A stretch of 63,147 nt of DNA, counting the filler, from Ministeria vibrans ATCC 50519 (lineage: Eukaryota > Protista > Filasterea), in assembly GCA_943704425.1 (NCBI GenBank). It is 6 parts of 6 records of this genome, joined end to end, with 100 filler letters (N's around TTAATTAATTAA, not from the genome) between each part and the next. Parts side by side here need not be neighbours in the genome. Positions count along the whole stretch, not along the records: positions 20,395 to 24,988 come from CALSCP010001855.1; positions 25,089 to 30,412 come from CALSCP010001497.1; positions 30,513 to 54,035 come from CALSCP010002206.1; 3 more parts are not named here. One strand, 5' to 3'. Within the stretch, counting starts at the first letter, position 1, and each line of letters starts with the position of its first letter. This document shows positions 24,479 through 36,749 of this stretch, one piece after another. The translations under genes and the position numbers were made by a program. The notes beneath the pieces are model-generated. The model saw only the letters and a list, made by a program, of their open reading frames with translations, searched no databases and was not told the origin of the DNA.

Positions 24479-24881
24479 TTAATTATTGGACGCGAGTAAG
24501 TTGATAAGTGTCTTGACGCCCACCATCCACGAACTGGTCTGGTCCAGGCTGCCCACTGTCACCAATTGCTGTTGGATGATTTGTGCGCGGGCAAAGTCAC
24601 TGTAAACACCAGAGTGCATGTCAGTAAGAGGGGGATCACGGCAATATTTGTGCTCAGTCTTACCCACTCTGAATGGCCTGTGCAAGATGAATAAGGCCTT
24701 CACAAAGCATGTCGGCAAGCTTGCCTGCACGCAGCATTCCTTCGAGGTTCTTGAGACGACGGCCAATCTCGTCCGCCTTGCGCGACAGGCCCGGACGGCG
24801 ACTCACGTGCTCCGTCGCCTGTGTGAGTGTCGCCATGACAGGTTCAAACTTGGCTGGGAGTTCCTTCACCGGCTCAGGTGC
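24479..24881 (-). CDS. C-terminal exons of a Sec31/SRA1-domain protein (probably COPII Sec31; remainder beyond contig end)
   Basis: KADEIGRRLKNLEGMLRAGKLADMLCEGLIHLAQAIQSG|DFARAQIIQQQLV...SSWMVGVKTLI matches the SRA1/Sec31 C-terminal helical domain. Confidence 0.75.
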
Positions 24882-24902
24882 CTTTAAGTAAACGAGACAG
24901 AC

Positions 24903-24907
<5 letters not shown>

Positions 24908-24988
<81 letters not shown>
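24908..24988. repeat. (GA)n microsatellite at contig end (similar (TC)n at 30513-30619)
   Basis: Direct read. Confidence 0.95.
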
Positions 24989-25232
24989 NNNNNNNNNNNN
25001 NNNNNNNNNNNNNNNNNNNNNNNNNNNNNNNNTTAATTAATTAANNNNNNNNNNNNNNNNNNNNNNNNNNNNNNNNNNNNNNNNNNNNTTTTTTTTTTTT
25101 TTTTTTTTTCTTTTTTGAATTATTGGTTCTGTTTTTGGATTTTTTTTTTCTTTCCCTCTCTCTCTCTCTCTTCTCTTGACTCCCTTTTGCCTGTCTCTTT
25201 CCTTTTGTGTGTGTGTGTGTGTGTGTCTGTAG

Positions 25233-27294
25233 CTTTGGACGAAATGTACTGCCAGAGCCTCCCAGCAAAGGGTTTTTCCAGCTTGTATGGGAGGGACTGC
25301 AAGACAACACTCTGATAATGCTTTGCATCTCGGCGATCATTTCGCTGGTGTTGGGCATCCGCGAGAACCCCTCGACGGGCTGGATCGAAGGCGTTGCCAT
25401 CATTATGGCTGTCGTCATTGTGGTTCTTGTGTCTGCCGTCAACGACTACAATAAGGAGGTGCAGTTTCGCAAGCTGAACGCCAAGAAGAACGCCAAGGAC
25501 ATCAAGGTGTTCCGTGACGGCAAACAGAAGCAGGTGCCCATTGACGAGATTCTTGTCGGCGACATTGTCGACATTGCCACGGGCGACATCCTCGCGGCGG
25601 ACGGCCTTTTCCTGGACGGTCACGACATTCGCTGTGACGAGTCGGGCGCGACGGGCGAGTCGGATGCCATCAAGAAGGGACCGGTCGGCACGGCGGATCC
25701 CTTCTTCCTCAGCGGCACCCAGGTGATGGAGGGCAGCGGTCGCATGATGGTTATTGCTGTGGGTGAGGCCAGCTACAATGGCAAGACCATGATGTCGCTG
25801 CAGGTCGAACCGCAGCCGACGCCCCTTCAGGAGAAGCTTGAGGTTCTCGCCGAGCAAATTGCCTATGTCGGCATTGTCTCGGCCGGCCTCACCTTTGCCG
25901 TGCTCACTGCCAAGAATCTGTACCTCTCAGGGGGCGTTGTCGATGCCGATTTCTTCTCCGCTATTGTCCGCTACATCATCACCGCCATCACCATGCTTGT
26001 TGTCGCAGTCCCTGAGGTAATTTCTAGTAGTATAGTAATAATAATAATAATAAATTATTATTATTATTATTATTATTTTATTTTATTATTATTATTATTA
26101 TTATTATTGTTTATCTTAATTCTCTATTTATTTTTCTATTATTGTTTATTTCTGTTTTTTTGTTGTTGTTGCTGTTGCGCTGTAGGGTCTGCCACTCGCT
26201 GTAACCATGGCACTGGCGTACTCGACGACACGCATGCTCGAGGACAACAACCTGGTGCGCCACTTGGACGCGTGTGAGACTATGGGCGGCGCCACCAACA
26301 TTTGCTCGGACAAGACGGGCACGCTGACGGAGAACAAGATGACAGTAGTCGAGGGTCAGGTGGGTGGACGGTTGTTTGACAAGGTGGATGCGACCACTGG
26401 CGAGGGCTGGCACAAGAGTGTGCGCAATCTTTTGCTTGACGGTATTGCGGTCAACTCAAATGCGTACATTACGACCGACGAGACCGGCAAACCCCTCATG
26501 GTGGGCTCCAAAACGGAGACGGCCCTGTTGCAATTCGGCACCAAGTTGGGCGGCGACTACAACGCGCTGCGTGCCGAGTTGCCCGCCGTCCACGTGTACC
26601 CTTTCTCGTCGGCGTCCAAGAGCATGTCGACCGTGGTGAAGACGCGTACCGGCGATGGTGGTCCCTTTCGCTTCTTTGTCAAGGGTGCCTCGGAGATCGT
26701 CCTTGGCCGTTGCTCCAAGTACATTGGTGTGGACGGCGTGGTGCATGACATGGATGAGAACAAGCGTGAATCGCTCAACAATCACATCAACGACATGGCG
26801 ACGGATGCCTTGCGCACCATTGGCCTTGCTTACGCCGACCTTGCCGCTATCCCCGCTGACAACTGGGACACTGCTCCCTCTGTGCCTCTCGTGCTTGTCT
26901 CCCTCGTCGGTATTCGTGATCCCGTCCGCAAAGAAGTTCCCGATGCCGTCCGTGTGTGTCAAAGGGTAAAAAAAAAAAATAGCTATTGAAATTCATTATA
27001 ATAATATTATTTTTACAACTCATCGCTTTTTGTTTTTATTGGTGTTCAGGCGGGCGTCAAGGTGCGCATGGTCACTGGGGACAATCTTGTAACAGCGCGC
27101 AATATTGCCGAGAAGTGCGGCATCTACAATGGCGGCCTCACCATGGAGGGCCCGGCCTTCCGCAAGCTCCCGCCTGCCGAGCTCAACCGTATTGTGCCTC
27201 AACTTGAAGTGCTCGCCCGCTCGTCTCCCACGGACAAGCAGATTCTCGTGCGGACTCTCATTGCCAATGTAAGGAGTAATCTTTTTGCTGCTGC

Positions 27295-27337
<43 letters not shown>

Positions 27338-28839
27338 CTGTTGTTGTTGTTTTTGTTTGTTTATATTGAATGCGCCTTTGACATCCGGCACCTCTCTTCT
27401 TTCGTTCTGCTAGGGTGAGGTCGTGGCCGTAACTGGCGATGGTACCAATGACGGTCCTGCTCTCAAGGTGAACATTGTTTTTCTCTCCACTTCTCATTGT
27501 ACTCAAACTTATTATTATTATTATTTTGATTGTTTGCGATGTAGTTGGCGCACGTTGGCTTTGCAATGGGGGTGACGGGCACGGATGTGGCGAAAGAGGC
27601 GTCGGACATTATCCTGATGGACGACAACTTCACGTCGATTGTCAAGGCGGTGAGCTGGGGCCGCAATGTGTTCAGTTCGATCCGCAAGTTTCTGCAGTTT
27701 CAGTTGACGGTCAATGTGGCGGCGGTGGTGCTTGCTTTTGTTGGTAGCGTCACCAGCGACCACGGCGAGAGTCCGCTCAAGCCAGTCCAGCTGCTGTGGG
27801 TCAATCTCATCATGGACACACTGGCAGCCCTTGCCCTCGCCACCGAAGATCCCGTTCCCGAAATGCTCCTCCAGAAGCCGTACGTTTTTTAAATAATTAT
27901 TATGATAATAATAATAATAATAATACTGCACATATCACAACACACATATTTGACCTCTTTTGCCTTTGCGATTGTTTGTACAGGTACGGCAAGAAGGAGA
28001 GTCTGATTTCGCCGATTATGTGGAAGAACATTGTGGGACAGGCAATCTACCAAATGATTGTCAACTTTGCCATTTTGTACCAGAGCGAGCGCCTCTTGGG
28101 CATCGAGGAGGGTTCCGTGAAGCATCTCACGGTACGGATCTGGTGAACAGTATGTGGTTCTTACTTTGTTACTTTTTGCGGGGGGTTTTTATCGTTGCAG
28201 ATGTTTTTTAACACGTTTGTCATGTGTCAACTGTTCAACGAAGTCAACTCGCGCAAAATCAACGGAGGTACTTGGGTTGATAATAATCTATAATAATAAT
28301 AATAATAATAATTAATTTATTATTTCTTATTATTTTCATCATGGTGTAGAGCTAAATGTGTTTGCGGGCATTCTGAAGAACTGGCTCTTTGTGGTTGTGA
28401 TGCTGTTCACGCTGGTGGGCCAGTGGGCGATCATTGAGTATGGTGGAGACTGGGTGGGCTGCACTCCTCTCACCAACGACGAGTGGCTCATCTGCATTGG
28501 TCTTGGTGCCCTTAGCATTCCTGTGTGTACGTACAAACAACGCTGTTTTGAGTGTCGTGTGGTTTGTGTGTGTGATTAAAATGTGTTGACATCACCTCTG
28601 ATTCCTTCTGTTTTCTTTGTTGTCTTTTAGCGATTCTGATCCGTCTGCTTCCATTTGCTCGTGCAACTGCGGGCTCTGCTTCGGAGGATACGCCTGTCAT
28701 TCTCGACAAGATTGCCACTGTCAAAAGCCGCTGGCAGAAAGCTGTCAAGCAGGTGCAGACCCAACGATCTGTGGTGGGTCTGTTCCGTCGCAGCACCAAG
28801 TCGCGTCTCCAGCGGGGTTACTCCAGGGATCAGAAATAG
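25233..28839 (+). CDS. ATP2B: Plasma-membrane-type P2B Ca2+-ATPase (PMCA), 5' end missing
   Basis: [23 protein letters not shown]|[66 protein letters not shown]; final exon [21 protein letters not shown] resembles the PMCA calmodulin-binding site. Confidence 0.95.
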
Positions 28840-29234
28840 TTGTGTTGTTTTTCTTTGTTTTGCATGTTGACCTTTTGATGTTTTGCTTGTGTGTTTGCTT
28901 GTGTGTGCGTGTGTGTGTGTGTGTGTGTATGTCTGTGTGTCTGTGTGTATGCCTGTGTGTATGCCTGTGCGAGTGTCGTATTTCGTCACAAAGGATGGTG
29001 ACTGCAAGAGCAGGATGAGAGGAGAGAGAGAGAGAGAGGAGCAACGGTGTAGTGCTAAGGAAATGAACGAATTTTTGAGAGAACAAATTCAATCAAACGA
29101 AAACGCGTTTCAATTTTAAGTCTTGGACCTCGTCTTTTTAGGATAAATAATAACAAAAATAAAATGGGTTGAATTTTCTTCTAAATTCTAATAATAATTA
29201 TATAAAATTATCTCGTTTCATCACTTTGCACAGT

Positions 29235-30149
29235 ATGGCATCCTCTCGTGTACTACTTATTGCCATTGTGGCAATGGTCGCTCTGATCGGTTCCGCAAAC
29301 GCTGTCCGACGTGTCACAAAGGATAATTGCGAAGGTATCACGGCTCTCTCCCTCTCTCAACGTTCAGACACTACACACACCGAATGCTTTCACCGCTTCA
29401 CCTTCCCCGATTTTGCCTTGGGGGTGGGGTGGGGTTGCTTTTGTGTGTCTGTCTTGTCAAAAACGTCATCAACTTCTCATTTGAACGTTTTCTGCAGTCT
29501 GCGTGACCATGGTTGAGAAGTTTATCGCTGAGATTGGTTCGAATACGGACGACTTGGAGGGCATGGGCGACACACTGCGCAAGATGTGCAAGAAGACGGT
29601 TAAAAAGGAGCATCGATTTGTAAGATGGACATCAGCGAATCAGCGTGCCACACGTGGAAACGAGAGACTCTTGCGAAATTGTCGTCCCATTCATGTCTCC
29701 CTTGACTGTCCTTGATGTCACCAAGTCGCTCGGGGGAGAGAGGGACGGAGCGTTGTTCATACTGACACAGCGATTGTGATTTTGCTATGCAGTGCTACTA
29801 CATTGGCGGCAATGCCGACTCCGCCACCGGTCTGCTCCAGGTGATTACCAAGCCCATTCAGCGAGGACTGCCTGCCGAAAAGATTTGCAGCAAGCTGCGC
29901 GAAGTGGATTCTCAGATTTGTGACTTGAAATACGGTACCTAGTCATCGAGCCGATCATGACTTGTGACTCAAATCTTGCATGCTTTGCGCTTAGACAAGC
30001 CCATTGACTGGGCCAAGATTGATCTGACCAAGATGCGTGTGAAGGAGCTGAAGAACATTTTGGGCGAGTGGGGTGCCCAGTGCAAGGGATGCACAGAAAA
30101 GAGTGATTTCATCAAGCTCATCAACGAACTGCGCCCCAAGCACACTTGA
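29235..30149 (+). CDS. MANF: MANF/ARMET/CDNF-family ER protein (saposin-like + SAP domains), 4 exons
   Basis: Signal peptide; NCE|VC...KEHRF|[12 protein letters not shown]...[22 protein letters not shown]|DKPID...[28 protein letters not shown]. Confidence 0.9.
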
Positions 30150-30512
30150 ACAAGAATGAATGATAAATAAACAATGGTAAACGTACTTTAGGCACAGTCG
30201 CAATAGAGATGGGGGGGGGGGGGGGGGGGGGGTTACAGTAGAGGGAGAAGCTAGCTCGACTTTGATTCATCTTTAATAATCAAGTCTTGTTCCACAACAA
30301 CAACAACAACAACAACTGCAACAACCACGGCTGGAGAGCCCAGAACACTTCCTGCTCCACTGTGCTCACCCAGCGGTGTACCGACACCGACACGACTCAC
30401 TGGTCGGCAAGANNNNNNNNNNNNNNNNNNNNNNNNNNNNNNNNNNNNNNNNNNNNTTAATTAATTAANNNNNNNNNNNNNNNNNNNNNNNNNNNNNNNN
30501 NNNNNNNNNNNN

Positions 30513-30622
<110 letters not shown>

Positions 30623-30730
30623 TCACTCACCCTTTTTTTTCATTCGCCCTCCTGTTTCTATTTTTCTTGCTGTGTGTGTGTGTGTGTGTTGTATTATCTG
30701 TCTCTTGTGTATGATGTGTGTTATGTATAG

Positions 30731-31585
30731 ACAACCTTCAGGATTTGTGTGCTTTCCCAGATGGACAGCCCTTCTCGTGTGCTCTGACTTGCAGCGAGTG
30801 CACTGCCATGGGCTCCTCTGCCGCATGGTGTTCCCAGGGCACTGCAACAGTGACCACCAGCGATGGCGTCACGACCGTCCTGGGCAACACGGACAAGGGC
30901 TTTTGCTGGTACTTCACCCTCACCCTTAACCCTAATCCCGAACCCACACCATATCCTTATTCCTTACCATATAAGCATACCTCTTATCCGAATTGCAACC
31001 TTACTTTTCCATCTCATATCACTTTGTTTCTCTCTTCTTTCTCTCTCACTTTGTTTCTCCCTCCTTTCTCTCTCTCTCTATCACTTTGTTTCTCCCTCCT
31101 TTCTCTCTCTCTCTCTCTCTATCACTTTGTTTCTCCCTCCTTTCTCTCTCTCTATCACTTTGTTTCTCCCTCCTTTTTCTCTCTCTCTCTCTTTTCGTGT
31201 TAGGACTGGGGGCTATCTTAAGCTGACCCACACAACGGTGCGTCCTCACCTTCCGCACTATGGCCAGGCGACCGTCTCCGTCTCGTGCTCCTCTTCCTAC
31301 CCTCAATACCACCAGTGTAGCACATCGGGTCTTGCTATCATTGTGCTCATCTCCCTTGGCATTGCGCTCGGTGTCCTCTTCCTCCTCCTCCTCTGTCTCG
31401 TCTGCTTCCGTGCCCGCCAGCGCAAGGCCGACCGTGCCCAGTTTGCAGACTATGACGAGCCCTCGACCGCCGCCAACCTTGCTCAACGTCGTTCCTCCTA
31501 TTCCAGTGTATCCAAGACTGGCGTGCCTCTTCTGGCCGTCTCCTCCGACTCGCCATATTCTGATTTTCCCGAATCACTTTCCTAA
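30731..31585 (+). CDS. Small single-pass membrane protein with Cys-rich (PSI/PTTG1IP-like) ectodomain, 5' part missing
   Basis: SCALTCSECT...AAWC...FCW|TGG...C...YHQC, then hydrophobic LAIIVLISLGIALGVLFLLLLCLVCF and basic RARQRK; intron ~30909-31203. Confidence 0.55.
31018..31190 (+). repeat. Intronic minisatellite (CT)n-ATCACTTTGTTT
   Basis: Several tandem copies; same unit at 35402-35612 and, reverse-complemented, at 36570-36670 and 37110-37216. Confidence 0.9.
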
Positions 31586-31672
31586 CAGAAATGAAAGAGA
31601 ACATGATTACATTTTGATTACATTTTACATTTTTCTCACTTCCGTCACTCTTCGTCTTTCTTTCGACCGTAC

Positions 31673-32863
31673 ATGCCCCAACTGTCGTACGACGCAAAGA
31701 GCGAGATTGTTGCGTGGTGCGCACCGCCGGTAGCCCTGGTTTTGAGCACTGTGGATCGCGAGTGGCGCGACGTAGTTCTTGCCAATGGCTATCGGACGCT
31801 GCTGCGTGCCCACGACGACGCCGAGTCGTGCAGGGCGCTGGAGGTACTGCTGCGACTACACGGATATCCGCGGGCGTGGCAAGGGGCCCGGAAAATGCGC
31901 ACGGGACGAGTTCAGGCTTTGTTATTGCGCGCGGCGCACTTTAAGTTCTTTCGTCTCATTTCGCTTCTCGTACACTGCACGGACGCCAGCGCGTGCGACT
32001 ACACCATGGCAGTTGCGTGTGCGAGTCGTGCAGGGCGCATAGACGTCGTCGACGAGATCCTGTCGAGTGAGCAAATGACGACCGCCAAGTTTTGCCTTGC
32101 GCTTCCGGTTGCTGCTGAGGCGGGCCAGCTGGCCGTCGTCGAGCTGCTGCTGTCGCACCCCCGCATGAAAGTCGATGCAGCCACTCTTCGCGATGGTTTC
32201 CTGGCCGCCTGCCGAAGTGGGCGTGTCGAGGTGGTGGAGACGCTCCTTCCGCATATGGAGGTGCCGACTGCGCCGTGCAACGACCTCGAGAACGACAGTG
32301 GACTGGCCCACTTCAACCGCGCCACGCGTCTTGCCAGTGCCAATGGCCACGCAGCCATCGTACGACTTCTCGTGGCGTCCTGTGGGGTGGACCCGTCGGC
32401 GGACAATAACTACGCGATTGGCATGGCGAGCGAGAATGGTCACGCTGCGGTGGTTGCCATGCTGCTACAGGACGCTCGGGTCGATCCCTCCGACGACGGA
32501 AACTACGCCATCATCAAGGCGAGTTTGCATGGCCACACCTCGGTGGTCCGTCACCTGCTCGCAGATAGTCGTGTGAATGCAACCTATGACGACAACTTTG
32601 CAGTGCGTCTGGCCAGTCACAATGGCCACTCCGACGTCGTGCGCCTCTTGCTGACCGACCCACGCGTCGATCCGGCCGCCAATAATAACTATGCCATTCG
32701 CAAGGCAAGCGAACACGGTCACGCCGCTGTGGTGCGTCTTCTGCTTGCCGACGCACGGGTCGATCCGACTGCTGAGGAAAACTATGCGTTGCGGAGAGCA
32801 CGCGAGGACGGACACGCTGCTGTGGTCCGGTTGCTCCTGGCCGATGGGCGGGCGACTTTGTAA
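31673..32863 (+). CDS. Intronless ankyrin-repeat protein with an F-box-like N-terminus
   Basis: Repeats DxRVDPSxxxNYAIxxASxxGHxxVVxLLL; N-terminus QLSYDAKSEIVAWCAPPVALVLSTVDREWRDVV follows F-box spacing. Confidence 0.85.
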   Translation: MPQLSYDAKSEIVAWCAPPVALVLSTVDREWRDVVLANGYRTLLRAHDDAESCRALEVLLRLHGYPRAWQGARKMRTGRVQALLLRAAHFKFFRLISLLVHCTDASACDYTMAVACASRAGRIDVVDEILSSEQMTTAKFCLALPVAAEAGQLAVVELLLSHPRMKVDAATLRDGFLAACRSGRVEVVETLLPHMEVPTAPCNDLENDSGLAHFNRATRLASANGHAAIVRLLVASCGVDPSADNNYAIGMASENGHAAVVAMLLQDARVDPSDDGNYAIIKASLHGHTSVVRHLLADSRVNATYDDNFAVRLASHNGHSDVVRLLLTDPRVDPAANNNYAIRKASEHGHAAVVRLLLADARVDPTAEENYALRRAREDGHAAVVRLLLADGRATL

Positions 32864-33091
32864 CAATTGTATCATTTTGATTTTGTGTATGAGAGAGAAT
32901 GTGTACGTGTCTAAATAATTGCATTAAAATAATACGGATAATTATGTGAAAATAATAAGAATTAAGAAAAGCTTACTTAAAGGTGTATGTCTGGTGAGTT
33001 GAAAATCGTCTGATATAGAATAGGTGATATGAAATTTTTGAACCTTTCTTGTTTTGAGAAAGATAATCGCGATAATTAAACTTTTTTTCTC

Positions 33092-34480
33092 ATGAGCGAA
33101 CCGTGGGACCGCGTCGCGGTGGCAGCCGGTCGTGTGTACGCCTCCAATATGGAGCTGATGATGTCGTACGAGGGCGAACGACACCGTGTCGATCCGCCAC
33201 GACCCGATCTCGACCAATATTTCTCGTTGGGCGCCAACGGAAAGGTTCTGTGTCGCTGGCCTGTGGCGGACGGGGGGGTGTGTCGGTCGCACGGGTTTGT
33301 GGGCGAAGATGTGTATCATCATTTCTGTTGTTCACATCCCACGAGCAAGTACTGCCTTGTCTGTGTCGTCTGCAATTCGTATGTTGGTACGAGCCTCAAA
33401 CGTCACGTTGCTTCTCGGCACAGCAACACTTTCACAGCCACCGTCATGGAACGCGGTGCGCTGGAGGATGGAGGATGGAAGACGGTCTACCTGCGAGAGG
33501 TGCGTGCGGCATTGGAGCGCGACGGGGAAGAGGAGGACGTTGAGGGAAAACTGGCCAAGGTGTTTGGTCGTTGCGAGTGGGAACGAGTCCCAATGGGATT
33601 TGTGACTTGGTTGGCGATGGCACGAGGCGAGAAGGAGGATGAGGAGGACACGAGTGTGTTTGAGATGCTGGGCAATGGCAAGGTGCGGTGTCGGTGTCGA
33701 CTGGTGGACGGACGAGTGTGTGGGGGACAGGGATTTGCACCTGAGCGGGTTGGGCAGCATTTCTCAAAGAGCCATCCTCGGAGTGTGTTCCGTGTTAACT
33801 GTGTGTTGTGCAAGGATGAGATTCCGCCAGTCAAATGTTCATTTAAGCGGCACATGATGCAATCGCACAGTGACGCGTTTGGTCGTGGCTGTGACTGGCT
33901 GAGCGTGTACGCTTCTCTTGTGCGAAGTGAACTGGAGGAGCGCGATGCGAGCGAGTCAGTGATTGTGCGCGAGCTGCAGCTGTTGCACGAGAGTGAGCGA
34001 GTGCCGTCGTCGTTCTCGGAGTGGCTTTCGTGTGCGCAGAAGGAAGCGGGGAGTGGTTGTGTTGCGGTGGATCTCGATGCATCAATTGAGCGACAGTCCA
34101 ATGGTCGGTTCAAGTGTTGAATGGTGCGACCAGCAACGGGACAAGTGTGTGACTTTGCGCCATTCACAAAGGGGAATGTGGGTGATCATTTCAGTGGGTA
34201 TCATGTGCTGAGTGTGTATCACACTCGATGTGCCATCTGCTCGCAGTCAGTGTCAGTGGCGGGTGTTCTGCGTCGTCTCCTGCGCGCTCGGCACTCTTCC
34301 GAGTTCACTGACACTGTGTTGGCGTCACAGTGGAAGAATGCGTACAGTGAGTGTATGCGGAGGGCAATGTTGCGAGAGGGAAAGAGTGAGACTGTGATTG
34401 AGAGAGAATTAAGCATTTTGTATGAGCACGAGAAAGTGCCCATTTGCTTTCAAGAGTGGGCTGTTGAAAGAATCATTTAA
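33092..34480 (+). pseudogene. Triple-module double zinc-finger protein with in-frame TGA at 34118-34120 (truncated paralogue of 49207-50970)
   Basis: ORFs 33092-34120 and 34121-34480 are contiguous and in frame; GRFKC*MVRPATG aligns with GRFKCHRVLPVTG in the paralogue. Confidence 0.75.
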
Positions 34481-35287
34481 ATTTTATTTTAATACATTTG
34501 ACTCCTGAAAGTCATTGAGAGTGGTATTTTTATCTGAGAGAGAAGGTATCAGAATGACGTAGATGTGTATATTATATTATACAACAAAGTAATTATTAAT
34601 TTATTATTATAATAATTATAATCTTAAAAGTTAAAAGTAAATAATAATAATAATAATTATATTAATAATAATATAAGGATTAAGGCGGTCTGGCTGTGTC
34701 TTTGCGTGGTGACTGTATCCTTAATAAATGGGATGTATTCTTCTAATAATAATAATAATAATTATTATTATTATTATTATTATTAAAAAATCAAAATCAA
34801 AATTTAATAATCAAATAAATCAATTTTGTTCTTCCTTTTTTATTGACTCACTCCGACACACACCCACCAACACAACCCACTGTACGTGTCCATCGGCCTG
34901 AACAGGCGCGTCTGTGCTTCTTTTGCTCTCAAATCCAATTTCTGCCTTGTGCCATCCGAGAACCCCAACGCGCTCTCTATCACGCTGAATTCCATCGCCT
35001 CCCCATCACCTATGCCACCAACGCTCTCTATGATCGTCCATTTACCGCCATAAGACGATATTTCTCACTCCGTTTGAAAAATGCTCTTTTCTCTCACTCT
35101 CTCTCTCTCTTTCAATGTGCTTTTCCTTTGAAATACCGCCCAATCCACCGCAACTGGCCCATCTCTATCTATCATGTGGTCCTTCTCTTCATCATGTCGT
35201 CGTCGTTTCAGCGTTCATTTTGACAGATGCCCTTTTTTTCCTTTTTAATTCTCTCTCTCTCTCACTCTCTCTCTCTCTGATTCACAG

Positions 35288-35377
35288 ATGGTGATGCAAC
35301 AGCTCTACGGCACTTTCTTGAAGCGCAACTCGGCCTTCATTGCCACCATTGTCATTGGCGCGTTCTTCTTTGACCAG
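35288..35377 (+). CDS. UQCR10: Cytochrome bc1 complex subunit 9 (QCR9/UQCR10), first coding exon; remainder in gap
   Basis: MQQLYGTFLKRNSAFIATIVIGAFFFDQ|gtaag matches the QCR9 consensus. Confidence 0.85.
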
Positions 35378-35401
35378 GTAAGCACAGAGACAGAGACAGG
35401 T

Positions 35402-35604
35402 CTTCTCTCTCTCTATCACTTTGTTTCTCTCTCTCTCTATCACTTTGTCTCTCTCTCTCTCTATCACTTTGTTTCTCTCTCTCTATCACTTTGTCTCTCT
35501 CTCTCTATCACTTTGTCTCTCTCTCTCTATCACTTTGTTTCTCCCTCTCTATCACTTTGTTTCTCTCTCTCTCTATCACTTTGTTTCTCTCTCTCTCTAT
35601 CACT

Positions 35605-35650
<46 letters not shown>
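35402..35650 (+). repeat. Intronic (CT)n-ATCACTTTGT minisatellite running into a (CT)n tract and an 870-N gap
   Basis: About ten tandem units visible. Confidence 0.9.
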
Positions 35651-36520
35651 NNNNNNNNNNNNNNNNNNNNNNNNNNNNNNNNNNNNNNNNNNNNNNNNNN
35701 NNNNNNNNNNNNNNNNNNNNNNNNNNNNNNNNNNNNNNNNNNNNNNNNNNNNNNNNNNNNNNNNNNNNNNNNNNNNNNNNNNNNNNNNNNNNNNNNNNNN
35801 NNNNNNNNNNNNNNNNNNNNNNNNNNNNNNNNNNNNNNNNNNNNNNNNNNNNNNNNNNNNNNNNNNNNNNNNNNNNNNNNNNNNNNNNNNNNNNNNNNNN
35901 NNNNNNNNNNNNNNNNNNNNNNNNNNNNNNNNNNNNNNNNNNNNNNNNNNNNNNNNNNNNNNNNNNNNNNNNNNNNNNNNNNNNNNNNNNNNNNNNNNNN
36001 NNNNNNNNNNNNNNNNNNNNNNNNNNNNNNNNNNNNNNNNNNNNNNNNNNNNNNNNNNNNNNNNNNNNNNNNNNNNNNNNNNNNNNNNNNNNNNNNNNNN
36101 NNNNNNNNNNNNNNNNNNNNNNNNNNNNNNNNNNNNNNNNNNNNNNNNNNNNNNNNNNNNNNNNNNNNNNNNNNNNNNNNNNNNNNNNNNNNNNNNNNNN
36201 NNNNNNNNNNNNNNNNNNNNNNNNNNNNNNNNNNNNNNNNNNNNNNNNNNNNNNNNNNNNNNNNNNNNNNNNNNNNNNNNNNNNNNNNNNNNNNNNNNNN
36301 NNNNNNNNNNNNNNNNNNNNNNNNNNNNNNNNNNNNNNNNNNNNNNNNNNNNNNNNNNNNNNNNNNNNNNNNNNNNNNNNNNNNNNNNNNNNNNNNNNNN
36401 NNNNNNNNNNNNNNNNNNNNNNNNNNNNNNNNNNNNNNNNNNNNNNNNNNNNNNNNNNNNNNNNNNNNNNNNNNNNNNNNNNNNNNNNNNNNNNNNNNNN
36501 NNNNNNNNNNNNNNNNNNNN

Positions 36521-36580
<60 letters not shown>

Positions 36581-36749
36581 AGTTATAGAGAGAGAGAGAG
36601 AAACAAGAGTGAAAAAGAAAAGGAGAGAATGAATCAAAGTGATACAAAGAATGAAACAAAGTGATAGATGGATAGAGAGAGGGACACACGCATACATGTT
36701 TGGATTTAACTTGTGTTTTGTGTGACAGGAAAAGTATGTTTATTGTTAC

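Noticed and set aside
30240-30412. Short open frame with a (CAA)n tract at the contig end
   Set aside because: Too short and low-complexity to assign a strand or product.
34118-34120. TGA reassignment or selenocysteine
   Set aside because: TGA terminates other genes here (e.g. MANF, 38846-40533). The aligned position is Arg/His rather than Cys/Trp.
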